From IMG/VR virus record IMGVR_UViG_3300042325_000422, positions 1-27,136 of that record: DNA of 27,136 bases. One strand, written 5' to 3'. Both the position numbers and the translations under genes were made by a program. Source of the stretch: a virus (taxonomy: Duplodnaviria; Caudoviricetes). Shown piece by piece: positions 22,183 through 27,136 of the stretch (its first letter is position 1; each line of letters begins with the position of its first letter). The notes below the pieces were generated by a model. That model made no database searches, was not told the origin of the DNA, and was given only the letters and a program-made list of their open reading frames with translations.

Positions 22183-23948
22183 GCGCAGAATTTCGCACCG
22201 CCGTCTCTCCCCCCTCCGACCTCCACCCGGCGGAATGGGCGGCGTTGCATGTCCCCGTTGAAAACTCGGAACGCTCGGGTATGTTTGACCCGTCGCAAAC
22301 CCGCTGGTTGGTCAAGCCAATGGGATGCATGGGTGACTATGTGACCCGCCACATGGTGATGCTGTTTCCGACCGGAGCGGGGAAATCGACCTTCTTTGAG
22401 GCGATCACATGTTGGATCGTCTCCGAGTCTCCCGGCTCGACACTCTACGCATCACAGACGGACTCCGACGCGCAGCTATGGGCTGAAACCCGACTCATTA
22501 AATCACTCCGTGGATGCGAACCGATCAAGCCGCTGTGGCCGTCGCAACTCCGAAACTCCGTGCGGAAGGATGCCATCGTTTGGCCGCACATGTTCCAACT
22601 TTTCGGCGGGGCGAACATGAGTAACTTCCAAGAAAAATCCATTACCTTTGGACTCGGGGACGAGGCATGGAAATGGAAGCACGGCATGGTGCGCGAGTGG
22701 CTCGGGCGATCTCACAACCGCGAAAACCGGAAGTTCGTTCTAGCATCCCAAGCGGGTGAAATCGCAACCGAGGACGGCATCGGTCAAACCTCAGAACTCC
22801 ACCTGGAGCACGATAAATGCCGCAAGTGGGATTTCGCATGGCAATGCCCTTCCTGCGGATCCGTTCACCCGTTCAAATTTGAACAGCTCGCATGGGACGA
22901 AATCAAGCGCGAGAACGGCACACCCGATGACCAGGCGACCGCCGACACCGTGCGCCGGATCTGCCCGAATGAGGAATGCAAAGCGGAGTTTGCCGACACA
23001 CCTGCGAACCGACGCTTACTGCATGACTCCTACCAAGAGAACGACGGATATTTACTGACTGACGACAACGGCTTGCGCGGCTACGAGGGCTTCCACCTCG
23101 ACGCCGGTGGGATCTGGTGGATCCCATGGGCGGAAGATGTGCTGCAAAAGATCGTCGCTGACCGACAAATGGCGATTGGCGACCACACCCAGCTCAAGCA
23201 GTGGTTCCAGAAGCGGCGGGCTATCGGTTGGAACGAATCCCAAGGCGTGAAAACAATCACGATCCGGCAATCCGGCTACACCCGCTCCGACTACGAGGAA
23301 GCGCGGAAAATCGACAACGAGAAAATGCGCTTCTGCACCATTGATGCGGGCGGTGATCACTTCTGGCTGGCAATCCGCGCATGGGCAGAGGGTGGCGATT
23401 CAAGGTTGCTCTATTGCGGCTATGAACCATCCGAGGCGCAATGCGAGGAAAAGCGGCTCATTTATGGCGTCTTACCGGATCTGACATTTCTCGATGTGGG
23501 ATTCGATCAAGAACGCATGGCCGGCATCATAACCACATACGGCTGGCAAGGCATCAAGGGTGATGGCAACCGGAAGAGTGGATGGGAATGGGAAATCAAA
23601 GCAGGACCAAAACGCGGCCAAAAGGAAACCCGACTCTATTCCCGTCCATGGCACGCGAAGGCTAAAAACGGAGCGAGGGCGAAGTGTTGGCACGTCTCAA
23701 CCACGCAACTCCAATACATCCTGCAACGCCTCATCGACGGGCAAGGCGCGGAATGGCTAGCCTATGACGACGCCCCACCGGCCTACGCGAAACAACTCAA
23801 CGGCGAGCGATTGATGACGAAAAAAGACGCCCGTGGGCGCGATGTGGAGGAGTGGACACGCGTCGGGGCTAACCATTTTAGAGACACGGAGGTCTATTCG
23901 CTCGCCGCCGCGCTGATGTATCGGGTGTTCGCTCCGGTTGTGGATTGA
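22179..23948 (+). CDS. Terminase large subunit, lambda GpA family
   Basis: P.EWA, PTGAGKS (Walker A), GLGDEAW (Walker B), CPSC...CPNEEC zinc motif, TIDAG, FLDVG, NHFRDTEVY. Confidence 0.92.
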   Translation: MSAEFRTAVSPPSDLHPAEWAALHVPVENSERSGMFDPSQTRWLVKPMGCMGDYVTRHMVMLFPTGAGKSTFFEAITCWIVSESPGSTLYASQTDSDAQLWAETRLIKSLRGCEPIKPLWPSQLRNSVRKDAIVWPHMFQLFGGANMSNFQEKSITFGLGDEAWKWKHGMVREWLGRSHNRENRKFVLASQAGEIATEDGIGQTSELHLEHDKCRKWDFAWQCPSCGSVHPFKFEQLAWDEIKRENGTPDDQATADTVRRICPNEECKAEFADTPANRRLLHDSYQENDGYLLTDDNGLRGYEGFHLDAGGIWWIPWAEDVLQKIVADRQMAIGDHTQLKQWFQKRRAIGWNESQGVKTITIRQSGYTRSDYEEARKIDNEKMRFCTIDAGGDHFWLAIRAWAEGGDSRLLYCGYEPSEAQCEEKRLIYGVLPDLTFLDVGFDQERMAGIITTYGWQGIKGDGNRKSGWEWEIKAGPKRGQKETRLYSRPWHAKAKNGARAKCWHVSTTQLQYILQRLIDGQGAEWLAYDDAPPAYAKQLNGERLMTKKDARGRDVEEWTRVGANHFRDTEVYSLAAALMYRVFAPVVD

Positions 23949-23973
23949 CCGATCCGCCCAGCCCGGTTAGGTG
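23945..23973 (+). promoter_or_regulatory. Leaderless promoter TTGACC-17-TAGGTG
   Basis: ATG at 23979 lies 5 nt after the -10; geometry matches the 13.9 and 15.0 kb promoters. Confidence 0.6.
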
Positions 23974-23978
23974 CATGC

Positions 23979-24146
23979 ATGGTAAGCACAAAAGAATCGA
24001 AGCCCCCAACCCTCGCCGAAATTGCGGAGTCACTGGGAATCCCCAGGTGGAGAGCGAACCAGTTCCAAGCTCAGGGTATGCCGATTGATTCCATTGAATC
24101 GGCTCGGGCATGGTGTGAATCCAAAGCGATGAAGTTTTACGAGTAA
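23979..24146 (+). CDS. Mini Nu1/TerS-like HTH protein, 55 aa (MVSTKESKPPTLAEIAESLGIPRWRANQFQAQGMPIDSIESARAWCESKAMKFYE)
   Basis: Not in the ORF track; LAEIA..LGI......GMP......AW pattern; has its own promoter and terminator. Confidence 0.7.
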   Translation: MVSTKESKPPTLAEIAESLGIPRWRANQFQAQGMPIDSIESARAWCESKAMKFYE

Positions 24147-24162
24147 CACCCATGCAGTCAAT

Positions 24163-24196
24163 ATCCCCGCCGGTTCATTCCGAGCGGGGATTTTTT
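24163..24196 (+). terminator. Rho-independent terminator
   Basis: ATCCCCGC-CGG-TTCATT-CCG-A-GCGGGGAT followed by a T run. Confidence 0.8.
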
Positions 24197-24203
24197 ATGC
24201 GCC

Positions 24204-24233
24204 TTTGACATTCGCGCCACGGTGGGGATTGCA
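24204..24233 (+). promoter_or_regulatory. Putative late promoter, extended -35 TTTGACATTCGCG
   Basis: 13 bp identical to 26579-26591; GTG start 34 nt from TTGACA. Confidence 0.6.
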
Positions 24234-24238
24234 AGCCC

Positions 24239-24514
24239 GTGAACGTTGCCAGCCTTGGAAATACCATTTACTCCGCCATTTACGGCGATGCTGCCGCCCA
24301 AGCGAAAATCCGGGGCGAGTTCTCAACGCTGGCAGTCCTGATTGCAACCGACCCCAACGCATCCGCCCGCATCACAAGTGCAACGGTGAATGGCCAGACA
24401 TTCACATCGCAAAGCGCGATGACTAATGGTCAGCGGTTGCAACTCCTGCGCTGGGTTGTCGCCTGCATTGATCGAGGAAGCCCGATCTCCACCACCCAGA
24501 TTCCAACGTTCTAA
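24239..24514 (+). CDS. Putative head completion / head-tail joining protein (gpW position)
   Basis: Small gene between TerL and portal; ITSATVNGQTF motif. Confidence 0.6.
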   Translation: MNVASLGNTIYSAIYGDAAAQAKIRGEFSTLAVLIATDPNASARITSATVNGQTFTSQSAMTNGQRLQLLRWVVACIDRGSPISTTQIPTF

Positions 24515-24516
24515 CC

Positions 24517-26028
24517 ATGGCCATCCTCAACGAATTCGGGCAACCCTACACCTTCGCGCATGCCGCCGACCGATCCAATCGGCGCGGCCCGCAGCACCAG
24601 GTGAGGAATGATGACATCGACAAGCTGATTCCGTCGCATGACCGCAGGACGCTTTGCAGCCTGTCAAATCGGCTGTTCATGAATATGGGTGTGCCTCGCG
24701 CATGTATCCTCCAAAAAGCGGATTTCGCCACGGGTGAGGCATGGATTCCATCCTACATCGGGCCTGACGCAGACGCCGGGAAAGCCATCTCAAAATTCAT
24801 GGCGGACGTTTGGTATCCCCAATGCGACACACGCGGAGGGATTTTCGATTGGTGGAAAATGCTGGAGCTTTCCAGCGTCTCAATCGACCGCGACGGCGAG
24901 ATTTTCTGGCTGATGGTCAAGGGTGATGACGGGTTTCCCCGGATTCAGCTCATCCCCTCGCATCGCTGTTATTCGGCCCACTCAAGCGACGGAATCGTCG
25001 CAGATGATGGACCGTTTAAAGGCTACCGCATCAACGACGGAATCATCTACTACCGCAGCGGTCGCCCCGCTGGCTACCGCTTCAACATTGGCACGATGGG
25101 AAGCCCGGTCTTCAAGGATGTTCCCGCCGCTGAAGTCATCCATCTTTTCGACCCGACGCACTGCGAGCAGGGGCGCGGACTCCCGGCCTTCACGCATGCG
25201 CTGGAGTCGCTGAAAATGTCGCTTTTCTCGACCGAGGACGAGCGGATACGCCAGCAAATCATCTCACGGCTCCACCTAACGATTTTCAACGACAGCGGCG
25301 GCCCCGATCTAGATGACCCGGTCAACAGCCTGACAGGCGAGGCTTCGTTAGAATCCGGCTTCTCAAGCAAGGCATTCCCCGGCGGCGTGATGTATCTCCC
25401 CGCCGAGGGCAATCAGCGCATCGAGCAGATCAAGCACGACAACCCCGGCCCGATTTGGGATTCTTTCCAAGACCGCATCGTGCGTGACGCCGTGATTTCC
25501 GTCTGGTCTTACTCCGTATGGAAAGGCGCGGGACAAGGCACCGCAGAGCGTGGCGAGGTACTCAAGTGCCGCCGTTTCGTGACCAAGCGCCAAGGTCAGC
25601 TCTGGTATGGTGCCAAGCGTGCGTTTGCATGGGCTTACTCGGTTTTCGCGGAGTCTGGCAGATTCGCCCCACTGAAAAACCCGACCGCATGGAGCTTTTC
25701 CTATCCGCCCCGACTAACCGTTGACGATGGCCGGGAATCCAAGATGGAACTCGATGAACTGGTCACCGGATCGCGCAACCTGGGCGAAGTGCTCGGTGCT
25801 CGTGGACTAACCGAGGATGAATTTCTCGACCAACGCGCCCGATCGGTGTGGCTGCGTAAATGGAAAGCCCAGAGCATTTCCGACGAACTCAACGCGAAAC
25901 ACGGTGCGGAAATCACCGTGGAGCCTCGCGAGATGTTCATGCAGACCGCAAACGAGATGGGCGAACAATCCGAAAAGGAGGCGCCTGAACCCCCAACCAC
26001 TCAAACGAATGAACCTGATTCAGACTGA
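24517..26028 (+). CDS. Portal protein, lambda family
   Basis: SNRLFMN, DRDGEIF, RIQLIPSHR, DGI....GRP.GY, VIHLFDP...Q.RGLP, VDDGRE. Confidence 0.92.
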   Translation: MAILNEFGQPYTFAHAADRSNRRGPQHQVRNDDIDKLIPSHDRRTLCSLSNRLFMNMGVPRACILQKADFATGEAWIPSYIGPDADAGKAISKFMADVWYPQCDTRGGIFDWWKMLELSSVSIDRDGEIFWLMVKGDDGFPRIQLIPSHRCYSAHSSDGIVADDGPFKGYRINDGIIYYRSGRPAGYRFNIGTMGSPVFKDVPAAEVIHLFDPTHCEQGRGLPAFTHALESLKMSLFSTEDERIRQQIISRLHLTIFNDSGGPDLDDPVNSLTGEASLESGFSSKAFPGGVMYLPAEGNQRIEQIKHDNPGPIWDSFQDRIVRDAVISVWSYSVWKGAGQGTAERGEVLKCRRFVTKRQGQLWYGAKRAFAWAYSVFAESGRFAPLKNPTAWSFSYPPRLTVDDGRESKMELDELVTGSRNLGEVLGARGLTEDEFLDQRARSVWLRKWKAQSISDELNAKHGAEITVEPREMFMQTANEMGEQSEKEAPEPPTTQTNEPDSD

Positions 26029-27067
26029 AAACAAAGCAGGCAAGGTCAAACTGACTGACGCAATCATGCCTTGGTCCGTTGAAAAACTAACCGAGGACAT
26101 CGGCAAACTTTTCGGCGCAAAAGCCGCAGCAGAGGGCGCGGACTTCGGCGCGATCACGAATTACGCGGAGAACGCCGTGGATACGCTCGAAATCGAGATC
26201 AACAGCCCCGGCGGCAGCATTTTTGATGGTTACAACATTTACAATGAGATCATATCTCTGCGTGAGCGTGGCGTTGTCGTGACCGCAACCGTCACCGGGA
26301 TGGCTGCTTCGATGGCGAGCGTGATTTGCATGGCGTGTGATGTGGTCCGCATGGTGCCACACGCCCGCATGATGATCCATGACGCATCGCAGGCCGTCCA
26401 AGGCAACGCTGAAAAACTACGCAAAGCCGCAGACCTACTCGACGGGCTATCTGCTGACATCGCGCAGACCTACGTTAACCGCACGGGCAAGCCGCTGGAT
26501 GAAATCCGCGCCATGATGAAGGTGGAAACATGGATGACTGCCAAGCAAGCGGTCGACCTCGGCTTCGCAAACGAGGTATTTGACATTCGCGGGGTAAAGC
26601 CGAAAGCAGAGTCCATGAGCATTCTCTCAAAGCTATTTCCCGGCAACGATGAGGTTTCCAAGCTGGAAGCGTCTTTCGCTGAAAACGATTCCCTCCGCAA
26701 CGACCTGACCGCCGCACAAGCTCGCATCACCGAGTTGACCGGACTGGCAGAAGCTAACGCATCGCTGCAATCCGAGGTTTCGGAACTCACCACCGCCAAG
26801 GCTGATCTCGACGCCGCGCTTGTGACTGCATCCGCTGAACTCGCCGCAAAGGATCTGGAAATCGAAGCCGCCAAAGCATCCGCTGGCCAACTCGCCACCC
26901 AGACGCTGGCATCTATCGGGCAACCTGAGCCGCTGAACATCGAACAGGGCAACAACACCCCGACCGACCTTCTCACGCAATACGAGGCACTTAAGGGTGC
27001 CGACAAACGCAACTTCCTCGCCAAGCACGCAGTCGAAATCCGTCAACTCGCGCTTGCGAAAGGCTAA
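26009..27067 (+). CDS. ClpP-like prohead protease with C-terminal coiled-coil scaffold
   Basis: INSPGGS..DG..IYN, GMAASMAS, MMIHD, ETWMTA..AV..GFA; C-terminal Ala/Glu heptads. Confidence 0.9.
   Translation: MNLIQTENKAGKVKLTDAIMPWSVEKLTEDIGKLFGAKAAAEGADFGAITNYAENAVDTLEIEINSPGGSIFDGYNIYNEIISLRERGVVVTATVTGMAASMASVICMACDVVRMVPHARMMIHDASQAVQGNAEKLRKAADLLDGLSADIAQTYVNRTGKPLDEIRAMMKVETWMTAKQAVDLGFANEVFDIRGVKPKAESMSILSKLFPGNDEVSKLEASFAENDSLRNDLTAAQARITELTGLAEANASLQSEVSELTTAKADLDAALVTASAELAAKDLEIEAAKASAGQLATQTLASIGQPEPLNIEQGNNTPTDLLTQYEALKGADKRNFLAKHAVEIRQLALAKG
26579..26608 (+). promoter_or_regulatory. Internal late promoter TTTGACATTCGCG
   Basis: Identical to 24204-24216; in-frame ATG 35 nt downstream of TTGACA. 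Confidence 0.6.
26615..27067 (+). CDS. Nested scaffolding protein (in-frame internal start MSILSKLFPG)
   Basis: Starts at the protease/coiled-coil boundary and is preceded by the repeated promoter motif; resembles lambda C/Nu3. Confidence 0.55.
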   Translation: MSILSKLFPGNDEVSKLEASFAENDSLRNDLTAAQARITELTGLAEANASLQSEVSELTTAKADLDAALVTASAELAAKDLEIEAAKASAGQLATQTLASIGQPEPLNIEQGNNTPTDLLTQYEALKGADKRNFLAKHAVEIRQLALAKG

Positions 27068-27095
27068 TCTCCAAACCATCTAACCACCCAATCAA

Positions 27096-27136
27096 ATGGC
27101 TAACTCCATCACCGGTGTCAACGACGACATCATCTC
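27096..27136 (+). CDS. Probable major capsid protein, start only (MANSITGVNDDII...)
   Basis: ATG after an A/C-rich leader directly behind the protease/scaffold; identity inferred from gene order only. Confidence 0.55.
   Translation, partial: MANSITGVNDDII

Noticed and set aside
23878-24153. Minus-strand 91 aa ORF
   Set aside because: Antisense to the 55 aa HTH gene, which has its own promoter and terminator.
26470-27079. Long antisense ORFs opposite the scaffold, and similar shadows opposite other genes
   Set aside because: Expected from codon bias in GC-rich genes; no motifs or expression signals.

Overview
This 27 kb window is part of a temperate tailed phage genome with lambda-like head genes. 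An apparently intact attP in mid-window suggests the excised or virion form; a Verrucomicrobia-like host is only a guess from integrase motifs and the scarcity of Shine-Dalgarno sites. Left to right: (1) the end of a beta-helix tailspike and a translationally coupled lysis cassette with an Amidase_3 endolysin; (2) a long leftward early operon with small hypothetical genes, a RuvC-like resolvase, YqaJ exonuclease, RecT, a C5 methyltransferase encoded in two overlapping frames, an Xis-like HTH and a DGQHR/ParB-like protein; (3) a divergent pair of ribbon-helix-helix regulators, a tyrosine integrase, repeat-bounded leaderless accessory modules and a tRNA-Ser-like attP; (4) a rightward block with a helicase-methyltransferase fusion, initiator with iterons, DnaC-like loader, MazG-like and SSB-like genes; (5) terminase subunits, portal, Clp-type prohead protease/scaffold and the start of the major capsid gene. 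The most striking signal is two complete integron attC-like sites (3358-3506, 3702-3834) plus a half site in the early operon. They are inverted relative to the ORFs, are translated in a fixed frame, and carry each gene junction (stop plus next start) in their loop. This suggests an in-frame, attC-type gene-cassette system in a phage with no integron integrase in this window. All calls come from reading motifs by eye; no database searches were run.
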